This document shows positions 7,750 to 17,708 of a stretch of 38,935 nt of DNA, in pieces. Within the stretch, counting starts at the first letter, position 1, and each line of letters starts with the position of its first letter. Location: IMG/VR virus record IMGVR_UViG_3300023267_000006, positions 1 to 38,935 of that record; one strand, 5' to 3'. The position numbers and the translations under genes were made by a program. The notes beneath the pieces were generated by a model that saw nothing but the letters and a program-made list of their open reading frames with translations, was not told where the DNA came from and ran no database searches. Source of the stretch: a virus. Its lineage: Duplodnaviria; Caudoviricetes.

Positions 7750-8423
7750 TATTTAACCCTCAATTTCTGACCGACCACGATCACGTTTGAAGCATCGTTG
7801 ATGCCGTTCAAGCCCTTGATAGTCTCGATACGTGTCTGGAATTGGTTTGCGAGCTTCCAAAGCGTATCCCCAGCAGCAACGATATGGAATATTTGCCCCG
7901 TGTCGCCTGACGTACCATTCACCTCATCAAAGTACGTCCAGAACGAATCGAACGGGAACTTACGCGGATCTGACCGGCTTCCGTCCGTGATAACTTTTGC
8001 ATGAGTCGTAACATCGGCTTTCGTTAACCTGAATTCTTTGCAAAGATACGTACAGAGTTCGGCGACCGCTTTCACTTGTGCCTCTGGATAAAGCGGCGAC
8101 AGGCTCAAGTCTGCTTTTTGAACGATCTCAATGCCAATACAGCCTTTTGTAACCGCGGCATTGCGTAAGCCCTTGAACTGCGTCGCGCGGCCTGCGTGAT
8201 ACGCCCACCCTGCCCGCAGATCGGGAATGAGCTGATGAACAGAACCGTCACGCTCTACGGTGAAATCCACAGACACCTTTCGACCGTCGCCCGGACTTGC
8301 CAGATACTTTGTGTCATTATGCGTTCCGGAGCCCGCCGTGTCGTGCAGAATGATCCCAACCGGCGTCCGGTTGCCTTTGGCGTAGAATTTGGCCGTAAGG
8401 TCTCGTTTGATATCCATTCCCAA
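7749..8423 (-). CDS. Endolysin: N-acetylmuramoyl-L-alanine amidase (Amidase_2) plus LysM
   Basis: IILHDTA, AYHAG, IGIE and TTH...SDP motifs; C-terminal HIVAAGDTLWKLA...GQKLRV LysM. Confidence 0.9.
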   Translation of the reverse strand: MGMDIKRDLTAKFYAKGNRTPVGIILHDTAGSGTHNDTKYLASPGDGRKVSVDFTVERDGSVHQLIPDLRAGWAYHAGRATQFKGLRNAAVTKGCIGIEIVQKADLSLSPLYPEAQVKAVAELCTYLCKEFRLTKADVTTHAKVITDGSRSDPRKFPFDSFWTYFDEVNGTSGDTGQIFHIVAAGDTLWKLANQFQTRIETIKGLNGINDASNVIVVGQKLRVK

Positions 8424-8465
8424 ATAATAAATAGTCGCGGAACTACTTATTTTTGGCGAGAGCGA

Positions 8466-10136
8466 TCACGTTTCGATAATAACGGGTATTTTACGATCCA
8501 CTATCGAATCGTCGTAGAGTGTTGAGGCGTATTTTCGCGCGGTGAAAGAGGCCGTCGGTAGCGATGCGGTAGAGAGATCGAATTCGAGTTCTTCGATACT
8601 GACCGGGAAGTTATAAACACCAGAACCGCGATCGGTGATCGCGACGATATCAAATTCTTGTAAAAGAAGAGCTTCACGCGTGGCTTTCCATTTATAGAAG
8701 AAATCGGCATCGCGGTTTTCGGCTAAAAGACCGGCGGTGATTCTATAAGCCTGATCAGTATTATTTATCGCTTGTCCATTAATTTCGAGATTAGAAACCT
8801 TTTTGGTTTTAGCGATATGTTCATCATCGCGAAGCCGCAGCTCCACCAGGCGGTAGTCCTGAGACGCATCGCGGTACTTAAGATCTACTCGGTTTACGGA
8901 TTTAGAGCGATTGCCAAGCAGCCAGGAGAATGTAGCTTTGATCACGTTTGAACGTGAGGTTGCCGATCGCGGTTCTTCGCGATCACTAAATACTGCCGCA
9001 ACTCTCATCACTTCGGCACCGCTGCGATTTAGGTCCGGTGGTAGCGGCGCCGATAGCAACGGCAAAGCATCGATCGTAAAAGCCGATCCATCATTTTCAG
9101 AAATAAATCTTATCTTTCGTGAATTTGCCTCGGGCGAAATAAACCACTTCACCGAGACGGCGCCTGTCGGTAACGGCGTAATTGCATCAACATCTATTTT
9201 TTCATCTGCCGCAAGTGTGACGGTCTTATACGGCGAAAGAAGTGTCTCATTACCGTTGTCATCGACCAACGAATACGCTACGGCATATTCACCGGCCGCC
9301 TGTGAACCGCTACCGACTGCCGTAAGTGTGGGAGCTGTCGACGGATCGGCGATTGGATCTATGGTTGCAAACTGAACACCCTCATCCAGCGTCAGAACAC
9401 CGATCTTAGCAGTTAGATCAACCACGTTTGCACCTGATACCCAAGACACATCAAAACGACGATATAACGATGGATGAGTGGCTATCATTCCGGCGATATA
9501 TGACGCGATAGATTCGGTCGTTTCCCCGGAGCTGCCAGTTATTGCAGAGAATTCAATGCCCTCTAAAATGATAGAAAAAGTTGTATCAGGTGTGGCAGCA
9601 TCTACGGTGATCGAGGCAGTTGCCGGCGTATTCGCTCCGTCACAACCAGCAAAGCCTGAGATCGTAAATAAACCGCCGGTACTCGAGAGAGAAATACTAT
9701 TTTGATCGATCGAATATGCAGCCTCGATCACACGCCGGATCTCGCTTTGGTCCGTATGCGGTGAGATCAGCAACCAATTATCGACTTTATTGATCCAGTC
9801 AGAAACGGAGTCCACAGGAATCTCTGTGTCATTTATCGCTATGCCGGCGGTCGCAAGGGCCCATGGTGCCGGTTTTTTATTTTTTAAGCTCAATTTTCCG
9901 TTTGCGGCTTGTGTTAAAAACTGCCGTGATGAGACATGTATCACATCATTTAACAGATCAAGAGCGTTCATTTGCTCGGTTACAGCGACGTTCGATGTGT
10001 AACGCTTGCGGAGAAATACACCAAGGCCAGGTAACTGCGTCGGTGGTGGGTCAGTGATAATCGGAACGCATCGACCGCCGATACATTCTTCGCCCTCGGC
10101 ACAATCGGAATCATTGGAACATAGAGCTATCGACAT
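8466..10136 (-). CDS. Tail tip/central fibre protein (gpJ-like, C-terminal part)
   Basis: RYTSNVAV...LDLLNDV, FN3-like segment and NRVDLKYRDASQDY tail-tip motifs. Confidence 0.7.
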   Translation of the reverse strand: MSIALCSNDSDCAEGEECIGGRCVPIITDPPPTQLPGLGVFLRKRYTSNVAVTEQMNALDLLNDVIHVSSRQFLTQAANGKLSLKNKKPAPWALATAGIAINDTEIPVDSVSDWINKVDNWLLISPHTDQSEIRRVIEAAYSIDQNSISLSSTGGLFTISGFAGCDGANTPATASITVDAATPDTTFSIILEGIEFSAITGSSGETTESIASYIAGMIATHPSLYRRFDVSWVSGANVVDLTAKIGVLTLDEGVQFATIDPIADPSTAPTLTAVGSGSQAAGEYAVAYSLVDDNGNETLLSPYKTVTLAADEKIDVDAITPLPTGAVSVKWFISPEANSRKIRFISENDGSAFTIDALPLLSAPLPPDLNRSGAEVMRVAAVFSDREEPRSATSRSNVIKATFSWLLGNRSKSVNRVDLKYRDASQDYRLVELRLRDDEHIAKTKKVSNLEINGQAINNTDQAYRITAGLLAENRDADFFYKWKATREALLLQEFDIVAITDRGSGVYNFPVSIEELEFDLSTASLPTASFTARKYASTLYDDSIVDRKIPVIIET

Positions 10137-10137
10137 T

Positions 10138-11352
10138 TTACCCCTCAGTAATAAAAAGAAAATCCGTTAAGCTACGATCAATTATTAAGCCCGCATTGTA
10201 ATTAAAAGTTTCTGCAAAATCCGACGCTTCGAGCCAATTCTCATCGAGCTTGAAATAATCGTCTGACGTCAATAAAAACCATTCGTGAGCTGCGGCGTTA
10301 TCGCTCCACTCATCATTTAGTATCCAATCGCCCGAATCGTCCGGAATGGTCATCAGCATGGCAATAATCACCGCTGCGATCTCAGGAGCTGGCTCAACCT
10401 CATCAACGGCAGAATTGATAGCCTCACCACGAATATTAGCGGTTCGCGAATAATAACCCGGTGCGGCCCATGTTGGATCGTCACCGTTAGCCGCTCCAAC
10501 AAGTCCGTTGCTTTCCGCGTATGCCAGCATATTCAACGGCATTCGAGCGTCAAGAGAGCGCACATTTTGAAAACCAAATATAGGCCCGTCGCAAAATGCC
10601 GTACGCAGTTTTATATAAGATCCGACATCTTCATAACCGATGTGCGTTCCCAATATCTGCGACATGCCTAAGATCAAAGGAACGCATTTATTGGCGTCGA
10701 GATCCGAGAAACTAGACCACGCAAGTGTTTTTTGAACAGTTTTTTTAAATCCGAAAAACCCCGCGATACCGCCGCGTTTTACGCGTACAGAGTATGAAGT
10801 CGTACCGTATTGCGGGATAAACAAGAATCCCTCGAATTCTGGATCCGTTGACACGCGGCCGTCCTGATCTTCTTTCGTGAACTTGCGCCGTGGTACTTGT
10901 ACATCGAGGCCGCCAAGTATCCAGTCAGCCGTAATGCTCAGGCTCATTTTGCTGCCGGATGCAGGCTTTTGGCACCGTCCGGTAAAAAGGATCTGCGACA
11001 AATCAAGCGAAACGCTTTCGCTTCGTGAGATGAGCCGTATCACTTTGATAAGCCCCTCGAATCCATTATCGAACTCGAAATTTGATATTTGGTTATCGAG
11101 ATTAGCAAACTCAACACTTGCGGTATTCGATTCCGGCCCGAGCTTGCGGTTCACCGTGCCGAATTTCTTTACGAGACGCGTATAGCTCACGCCCTCAAAT
11201 GAAATACCTGAGACCGCTGCAAAGCAGCCGATCGCATCGTTAGGGTCAAACCCATCATCCGACGGCACGGCGTCCGCATCATAGATCTCACAGACAACGC
11301 TTAAGTCCGTAGCCGTTGCGAGAATATTTTCCCATGCAATGTTTTCTATCAC
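10138..11352 (-). CDS. Tail hub/tip protein (N-terminal part)
   Basis: Position after the distal tail gene; VPLILG and WSDNAAAHEWFLLT motifs typical of tip proteins. Confidence 0.65.
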   Translation of the reverse strand: MIENIAWENILATATDLSVVCEIYDADAVPSDDGFDPNDAIGCFAAVSGISFEGVSYTRLVKKFGTVNRKLGPESNTASVEFANLDNQISNFEFDNGFEGLIKVIRLISRSESVSLDLSQILFTGRCQKPASGSKMSLSITADWILGGLDVQVPRRKFTKEDQDGRVSTDPEFEGFLFIPQYGTTSYSVRVKRGGIAGFFGFKKTVQKTLAWSSFSDLDANKCVPLILGMSQILGTHIGYEDVGSYIKLRTAFCDGPIFGFQNVRSLDARMPLNMLAYAESNGLVGAANGDDPTWAAPGYYSRTANIRGEAINSAVDEVEPAPEIAAVIIAMLMTIPDDSGDWILNDEWSDNAAAHEWFLLTSDDYFKLDENWLEASDFAETFNYNAGLIIDRSLTDFLFITEG

Positions 11353-11355
11353 TGG

Positions 11356-12423
11356 TTAATTCGGGTATCTGATCAGACGAAACTTGATCTCCTGTTTCCA
11401 CGATTTATGTGCGTCGTGATCGCGGTCGTAGCTCTCCACGCGAACGTTATCCCAAACCGTGCCGTATTTGTCAGTAAAATAGAACGGTTTCGACAGTCTC
11501 ACGAGATCGTAAAACTCATCGAACAAACGAACCGCTGCCGGATCAGTTGAACCACTCGTATTTACAAGTTTGTAGTTATATTCCCATCGACGCGGAGCAT
11601 TATCAGCGACTTCGTTGAATGTTTTACCGCCGTCTTCAAACTCGATGCTGTCCGTGATCTTCGAATACATCGGCGATTCAGCATAAAACCGCCGGCGCCG
11701 AATACCGATGAAATCATCAGACGGAAAGTAGAGTGGAATTCCAGCTTTATATTGGGCGTATTTGAGATTGAAATAGAACAAAACCCGCATTCGTTCGGCA
11801 TCGGTCAATTCACGATTCCAGATCATGCAGAGCAAAACGGGACCTTTCCATTTTGCAGACGGATCAAACCACCAAGCCCCAAGGCTAATACCCCCGTTAT
11901 AGCTAACACTCGGCGAACTCGACATCTCCACGATAGAAATATTTCCACTCATTGGGGCCTGCATATCGTTGTAGGCGTGAGATACATTTTGTTTTCGGTA
12001 AGAAATACCACTCAGGCCAAATGCGTCAGTAAAACGTGTACCTGATGGGTTACCGAGTATTGCCATATCGGATACCCCACCACCGTTCGAAGAGAGCAAA
12101 CCCATATAATTGCCTGCAAAGTTCGCATCGTCGTACGCGGCTAAAATAAATACATGTTTTCCAACAAACGTGGAGCCAACATAAACTAGCGGGTTATTCG
12201 TTCCGTCAAAAACTATTGCCGGTTTACCGTTAAGTACATTCGTTGTGAATATAGGCTTACTCGAAGAGCAGGCAAGGGTACGACTATTACCCGAAAAATC
12301 CGGTACAGATGAGATCGCATCGCCGTTATTAAGGCCGGTAATACCATCGGCCTCGTGCCAAGTTTGCAGACCAACAGACGGTATTAACCCGGTGTCTTTC
12401 CATTGTTGAATCGTTAGAGACAT
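11356..12423 (-). CDS. Distal tail protein with N-terminal LamG/ConA-like domain
   Basis: WHEADGI...LNGKPAIVFDG...IWNRELTDAER lectin-like motifs; C-terminal Dit-like domain; directly after the tape measure gene. Confidence 0.65.
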   Translation of the reverse strand: MSLTIQQWKDTGLIPSVGLQTWHEADGITGLNNGDAISSVPDFSGNSRTLACSSSKPIFTTNVLNGKPAIVFDGTNNPLVYVGSTFVGKHVFILAAYDDANFAGNYMGLLSSNGGGVSDMAILGNPSGTRFTDAFGLSGISYRKQNVSHAYNDMQAPMSGNISIVEMSSSPSVSYNGGISLGAWWFDPSAKWKGPVLLCMIWNRELTDAERMRVLFYFNLKYAQYKAGIPLYFPSDDFIGIRRRRFYAESPMYSKITDSIEFEDGGKTFNEVADNAPRRWEYNYKLVNTSGSTDPAAVRLFDEFYDLVRLSKPFYFTDKYGTVWDNVRVESYDRDHDAHKSWKQEIKFRLIRYPN

Positions 12424-12426
12424 AAT

Positions 12427-15153
12427 CTATCCCGCGTCCAGTACCGCTTGGCGCACAGCGCCGTTCTTTCTCATTTCGATCTGGAACATCTGAGCGAACC
12501 AGTCTGATTTGTCGTTGATCGTAACTACCACTTCCTGCCGCATCCCCCCGGGTGCATTTCTACTTGAATCGATCACCTGATCTTCATTGCTCGAAAAGAC
12601 TCCCGATTTGCTTCCCGATCCCTGACCACCGCCAGATGAACTAGGAGCGGTACCAAACGCTCCGGAGCTTTCTTGTTTGAACGAATCACCGGCAGTAACG
12701 CGTCCCGCGATCGCAGCTATACCGCCAACTATTCCGTAGATAGCCGCTGCGGTGAAGTGGGCCCCCGCTGAGGCACCGTATTTAGGATTTCCGGTGAACC
12801 AGGAGAGGGCCAGCATCGCGAAGCCCTGAGCGAGTTCCCAAACGGCCTGCACGATCGCCATTTGAGCAATCGATGCTAATACTTCGGCTGCAAATTTCTT
12901 AAACGACCCGCCGGCACTACCTAAAAGGACGAACGATTTTACGGCGTTCCCGACGCCCTGCGCGATCAAATTAAACTGCGAACCGATAATATTGCCGATC
13001 CCTTTAATAGGCTCGACTTTTTTCATCATGTCATCGACAGTTGTACCGAGGCCGTCAATGATTCCGGACATTAAGCCCCCGCCGGCACCCTCTACCTCTT
13101 GAGCTTGTTTTCGCTTTTCCTCTTCGGCCCATGCCTTAGCCTGAGTTTCGGTCCATTTTTCGTACCATTTATCGAATTCTTCGATCTGATCCTGAAGAGC
13201 TTTAGTTTTTTTCTCGGTCTCTTCGCGGCTTTTGGTCTCTATATCGACCAGTTTATTTTGAAGCTGCAGCTCTTCCTGGCGAATCTGATTCCGGATGATC
13301 GCTTGTCTAGTGGCGTCGGTTTCCCCTGCTAATTCCTGATTTAATACAGCGATCCGCTCTTTTGAAGCTTTTTCTTCAAACTGCTTTTCGGTGATCGCCT
13401 TGATCTGCAGCTCATTTTTGAGAACATCGATCTGAGTAGCGGCATTCGACCGGGCTAAAGCAAGTCTTTCTTCGAAACCCTTTTTTGAGACCTGGACCTG
13501 TTTTTTGGTTTCCTTATCGACGGTCTCGGTGATATTCTTTTCGATATCCGCTTGCTCTTTGACAACCTCGCGATTCAAAGCACTGATCGCGTTATCGGCT
13601 ATCGTAGAAACATTCGTGCGGGCAGTTCCCTTTTTACCCTTTAGATCGATCGTTTCTTGCTGAGCGATCAGATCGCCGCGGGTCTTGCTGTAAGCCTGCA
13701 ATGCCGCAAGACTCTCGGACCGGTACTGCTCAGCGGTTTTTTCGCCTTTAATAAACTGATCTTCGCGAAGCTGCTGCTCAGAGGTGAACGCGGCCCGCAG
13801 CTCATTCATTTTGAGCTCGGTTTGTTTCGACTGAGCGGCTATCTCTTCCTGGTATGCTTTTTCACGTTCCCGGCGCCGGTCCTCGATCGCTTTTTTCGCA
13901 TCAGCTTCGGCTTTTTTAGCGTCTTCGGAAACCTTTTTATTGAAATCTCCCAGAAGTGACGGATAACCTTTATCGCCGGGATTGATAAAAGATGGTTCGG
14001 CCTCACCCGCCGAAGTCTTTTTACCCCTATTCATTTCATTTGAATAAGGTCCGTACTGCTCGGGCTCTTTGTTTACGTAAGATCCGACACGGGCCATTAC
14101 CGCCAGTACCGGATTGATGGCGAGTAGTATTCCCTCAGCCCAAACACGGGCTTTCGCTTGAGAATCGGCCATTTTGATGCCTAAAACATCAAAAAAAGTA
14201 GTAACCGGCAGGGCGATAGAATCAAAGGCAACGCCGAGCCCTTTTACGACGTCAGAAACGGCTTTTCCCCAAACAACAGCCACATGCTGATTGTTCGCAA
14301 GAAACTCTGAGATCCGTTGAATAGCTGCAGTTATTTGGGGAGCATACTGCAAAGCAAAACGATCTACGGCAGTTGATACCTGAGACGATAAGACCGTAAA
14401 ACTATCACCAAGATCATCAGCCGCTTTTGCGTCAGCGTCAGTTAGGGTGGTACCAAGGCGTTCGGCCTCTTTTTCAGCGGCGGCCAGATCACCGCTCATT
14501 TGCTTGATGACCGGTATTAGATCGGCCCCGGATTTCCCGAATGCTTTTTGAGCAAGAGTGATCTGTTCGGTACCATCCTGAGCATCGGCGATCGTCTTAA
14601 TGACTTGCTTTAGGCCGTCATCTAAATTCGTGGTGTCGACGTTAAGCTCTTTTAGAGTTGCTTTGGCCTTATCGTTACCGTCGGCAGCCTGGCCTAAAAG
14701 CTTGGTGAATTTCTCAATTCCACCGCCCACTTGCTCGAATGACGAACCGGCGCTATCTGCATTGAGTTTTAAGGTAGAAAGCGTTGTGGCTGCAAGACCG
14801 GTCTTGTCCTGCATGTCCTTGATCTGCGAACCGGCATCTGATGCGGCTTTGGCCATACTGAACAGCCCAGCCACAACCGTAACCGCGATCGCAACCTCAG
14901 CCGTCATCACGGCAACAATGGCACCTAAACCAACGCCCAGAGCCCCAAGTGAAGCCGTTAGCTTCGTGGCTGAGGCATCACTCAACCCCATCGACTGAGC
15001 GAATTCACCAAATTTCGATGAGCCTTTCTGAGCGATCGCATCAACCTCGGTATTGACGTGAGAGCGCAGATCAGAAAACGCCTTTTTCGCGTCATCTGTA
15101 TCGCCCTTGGCTTTGAAGAGAAGTGCTATCGAATCACTGGATAATGCCACCAC
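12427..15153 (-). CDS. Tape measure protein
   Basis: 908 aa, Ala-rich helical; FGKSGADLIP motif; hydrophobic segments; canonical position. Confidence 0.92.
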   Translation of the reverse strand: MVALSSDSIALLFKAKGDTDDAKKAFSDLRSHVNTEVDAIAQKGSSKFGEFAQSMGLSDASATKLTASLGALGVGLGAIVAVMTAEVAIAVTVVAGLFSMAKAASDAGSQIKDMQDKTGLAATTLSTLKLNADSAGSSFEQVGGGIEKFTKLLGQAADGNDKAKATLKELNVDTTNLDDGLKQVIKTIADAQDGTEQITLAQKAFGKSGADLIPVIKQMSGDLAAAEKEAERLGTTLTDADAKAADDLGDSFTVLSSQVSTAVDRFALQYAPQITAAIQRISEFLANNQHVAVVWGKAVSDVVKGLGVAFDSIALPVTTFFDVLGIKMADSQAKARVWAEGILLAINPVLAVMARVGSYVNKEPEQYGPYSNEMNRGKKTSAGEAEPSFINPGDKGYPSLLGDFNKKVSEDAKKAEADAKKAIEDRRREREKAYQEEIAAQSKQTELKMNELRAAFTSEQQLREDQFIKGEKTAEQYRSESLAALQAYSKTRGDLIAQQETIDLKGKKGTARTNVSTIADNAISALNREVVKEQADIEKNITETVDKETKKQVQVSKKGFEERLALARSNAATQIDVLKNELQIKAITEKQFEEKASKERIAVLNQELAGETDATRQAIIRNQIRQEELQLQNKLVDIETKSREETEKKTKALQDQIEEFDKWYEKWTETQAKAWAEEEKRKQAQEVEGAGGGLMSGIIDGLGTTVDDMMKKVEPIKGIGNIIGSQFNLIAQGVGNAVKSFVLLGSAGGSFKKFAAEVLASIAQMAIVQAVWELAQGFAMLALSWFTGNPKYGASAGAHFTAAAIYGIVGGIAAIAGRVTAGDSFKQESSGAFGTAPSSSGGGQGSGSKSGVFSSNEDQVIDSSRNAPGGMRQEVVVTINDKSDWFAQMFQIEMRKNGAVRQAVLDAG

Positions 15154-15233
15154 TCAAATCTAGCGATTTTCGGTGTGTGTTATTTCGAGCGGAAAGGGCC
15201 AGAAAATGCAGGAAATCGGGCGGGTAAAAAATA

Positions 15234-15283
15234 CGAAGTATAATGATATACCCCCTATATAGAGAATATACCTTTATACTTCG
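15234..15283. repeat. 50-bp imperfect palindrome, copy A (CTATATAG centre)
   Basis: CGAAGTATAA...CTATATAG...TTATACTTCG; inverted homolog at 34437-34484. Confidence 0.85.
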
Positions 15284-15356
15284 CTGTAAGTGTAATAAAA
15301 ACAGTAGTTTACAAAATCGAGGAAAATGACGAAATCCGGGCTAATTTGAGACCGAT

Positions 15357-15653
15357 TTACAGCACGTCATCATCATCCATTTCATCTTTTTCGTGTCCGT
15401 TTTCGGTATCATTATCGGGCTCGATCGGCTTAGTTCCAAGGGCCTCAGCAACCGCCTCACGCATGATGATCTTGAACGCTTTCAGCCGGTCGAATTCGCG
15501 TTTGTTTTCGAATCTCAGCAGCCGATACGAACACGTCAAATCAAAATCCAGTGCTGCGGTCCGACTTTCGACACCGATCAAATCAGAGCAACGAACGCCT
15601 GCGTCACGCCCGGTGAGAGCCAGCCAAAGTAAGCTGTTGTCATTCTGAACGAA
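15357..15653 (-). CDS. Tail assembly chaperone extension (gpT-like), probably reached by a +1 frameshift
   Basis: Open +1 frame from TTC at 15653 through the ORF-track ORF 15357..15581; located between chaperone and tape measure genes. Confidence 0.65.
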   Translation of the reverse strand, partial: FVQNDNSLLWLALTGRDAGVRCSDLIGVESRTAALDFDLTCSYRLLRFENKREFDRLKAFKIIMREAVAEALGTKPIEPDNDTENGHEKDEMDDDDVL

Positions 15654-16083
15654 AGGCCGTCAGGTTTTCGCCTGACTTCCCTCCCGAAAAAACCCAGGAC
15701 ATAAGAAAGGTAAAATCGTCAGGGTCGATATCTTCGGGTGAGATCTCAGTTTCGCTTTCAGGGTCGGCGTCGATCACGATCCGCGGCTCAACCGCGCAGT
15801 GCAAAAGCAGATCCCGCCCGAGAGCCAGACATAACATCAAATCTTCGGGGCTCAACGACTCAAGTACTTCCTGCTCTGTTTTCTTGGAGTCACCATTACC
15901 ATTCTTGGCAGCCGCGGCCATTTTAGACGCCAGTGACGCCGGGAGTTTACCGGACAATACGAATTTTTGTATTGGTGGTTCTCTAAGCTTCCACACGGCT
16001 CCTGTGGACGGCAGTGTAACCTCAAACACTTCGGCGTCTACACGCTTTGCAGAGGCCAGCTTCTTATAATCTTTTGCGTTCAT
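15640..16083 (-). CDS. Tail assembly chaperone (gpG-like)
   Basis: Position after the tail tube gene; VTLPS...VEPRI...IDPDDF pattern. Confidence 0.8.
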   Translation of the reverse strand: MNAKDYKKLASAKRVDAEVFEVTLPSTGAVWKLREPPIQKFVLSGKLPASLASKMAAAAKNGNGDSKKTEQEVLESLSPEDLMLCLALGRDLLLHCAVEPRIVIDADPESETEISPEDIDPDDFTFLMSWVFSGGKSGENLTAFRSE

Positions 16084-16120
16084 AATATATTTGTATAAAG
16101 AAAATTAAGATTTAAAAATT

Positions 16121-16160
16121 AAAAAAGGGCCTCGGATAATGGCAATATCTTTGGCCCTTT
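16121..16160 (-). terminator. Intrinsic terminator after the tail tube gene
   Basis: Minus strand GGGCC...GGCCC stem followed by T6. Confidence 0.6.
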
Positions 16161-16191
16161 GTCGCCTTGGAGAGCGGCAGGAAAAAACGAA

Positions 16192-16779
16192 CTAAGTAGT
16201 GATGTAATAGCAGCCGAACGTATCGGTTGTAGCTCGTGTCGGGATCGCCGTACCAATAAACTCAAGCGGCAGTTTTGCACGGTCCACCCGCGACATAGCC
16301 ATATCGAAATCGGCCTTATTGTAAGCCTGGTATAAATGAAAAACAGCAAACTTGGTTATGTCGTTTTTGGTTGGAGCGATCGCAGCAACCGAGGTAAAAC
16401 TTAAAGCCGATTCGCCAAGTGTCCAGGCTTTCTTACCCGTCGGCGTTAAAGGCGTTCCCATGCCGACGGTTGCGATAGATATCAGATCAGGATCCAAAAC
16501 CTGATTGGCTTCGCACTTGATCGAACCGCCAATCTGATCAAGGTTGCGCTCGAGAGCATATTTGACCTCATCATAAAACTCTTCGGTAAAACTGCGCTGC
16601 AGATTCAGCATCGCACCTTTTTCGGTGAGCCCAACCAGTTTAGCGTTCGGGTTCTCGGTTGCGTCCGGGATACCGGTTGCACCGATCGTTAAATACTGCG
16701 ATGCCGCCGGAACCGCCAGGGCAAACCATATTTTGCAGGCGTTCTTTTGGGTTTTAGTAATATCAAGCGTTGTTCCCAT
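16192..16779 (-). CDS. Major tail tube protein
   Basis: 195 aa, beta-rich, VGLTEKGA motif; between the terminator protein and chaperone genes. Confidence 0.8.
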   Translation of the reverse strand: MGTTLDITKTQKNACKIWFALAVPAASQYLTIGATGIPDATENPNAKLVGLTEKGAMLNLQRSFTEEFYDEVKYALERNLDQIGGSIKCEANQVLDPDLISIATVGMGTPLTPTGKKAWTLGESALSFTSVAAIAPTKNDITKFAVFHLYQAYNKADFDMAMSRVDRAKLPLEFIGTAIPTRATTDTFGCYYITT

Positions 16780-16809
16780 TTTGTTTTACTCCGAAATAAG
16801 ATTTCAGCT

Positions 16810-17199
16810 TTATTTTAGGCTGAGATAAAAGGCGTTGATTTCCTCACGAGCCGCAGACGCTTTGTGTTTATTCTCTTCATACTCTTCAAGAGCGGCTTGG
16901 AAATAAAATTCAGCCTCCGGCAAATGAGCAAAATCTTCTTTCTTCGGCACGATCACCTTATCGGGTGACGGCATTGCGAGGCCGCCGAACAAAGGCGATT
17001 TAAAATCAGCCTCGCTAAACAGGCCGTGCCCACCGATCTCTGCGACTTTATGAAGCACGGCGATAGCATTTTCTTTGCCAAAGTTCTGTACCGCCCGCGG
17101 GTACGTGAGCGTACCTATTTGATCGATCAGGGCGACGGTAGGCTCTTTCGGAGCTGCGGCCGGTGTCGGTGTTTCGTCTGCTTTCTTCTCAGTAGCCAT
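16810..17199 (-). CDS. Hypothetical tail-module protein
   Basis: In-operon ORF with tight spacing. Confidence 0.65.
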   Translation of the reverse strand: MATEKKADETPTPAAAPKEPTVALIDQIGTLTYPRAVQNFGKENAIAVLHKVAEIGGHGLFSEADFKSPLFGGLAMPSPDKVIVPKKEDFAHLPEAEFYFQAALEEYEENKHKASAAREEINAFYLSLK

Positions 17200-17204
17200 A
17201 TTAT

Positions 17205-17708
17205 TTACTCGCTAAAGGCAGAGGCTTCAATGTGCCAGCTTGCCCGGGTTTGAAATACCTCAATAAACTGATTTTTGTACTTTCCCTGCACGGCAAACGT
17301 AGTTTCGAGACCCATTCCCGTGCTTGTGATTTCAATTATAGAATCCTGATTAAAGGTTGTTTCCGGCACATTAGAGAGCATTGACTCGAATGCCATTGAG
17401 TATTTAGGCCCGCGATCGGCCAAAGTATCTTTATTTCCGTGGATGATCGCCGTTTCGAATACGATAGAAAAATCGATCTCTAAAATACTTTCGTATTTAG
17501 ATTTATGATCGATTTGTAAAACTGTAGTAGCAGGGAAAACAGTTACCAATCGCGGGGATTTATGAAAGTCTGCGATGGCAGGAAGTCCGGACGCACCGCC
17601 GTTAGACCATTTGAGAGCTTCGACCTGATTCGCATCGATAAAATTCAGCAGATTATCACGTATCTGCGTGGCATCGAGAACATTTATATTTGGCTGCCAC
17701 TCACTCAT
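17205..17708 (-). CDS. Tail terminator/completion protein
   Basis: Size and position; ATGA overlap with the upstream gene. Confidence 0.6.
   Translation of the reverse strand: MSEWQPNINVLDATQIRDNLLNFIDANQVEALKWSNGGASGLPAIADFHKSPRLVTVFPATTVLQIDHKSKYESILEIDFSIVFETAIIHGNKDTLADRGPKYSMAFESMLSNVPETTFNQDSIIEITSTGMGLETTFAVQGKYKNQFIEVFQTRASWHIEASAFSE

Noticed and set aside
15687-15695. GGGTTTTTT as the tail-chaperone slippery site
   Set aside because: The -1 frame stops without joining the downstream ORF, and the -2/+1 frame hits TGA before reaching it.
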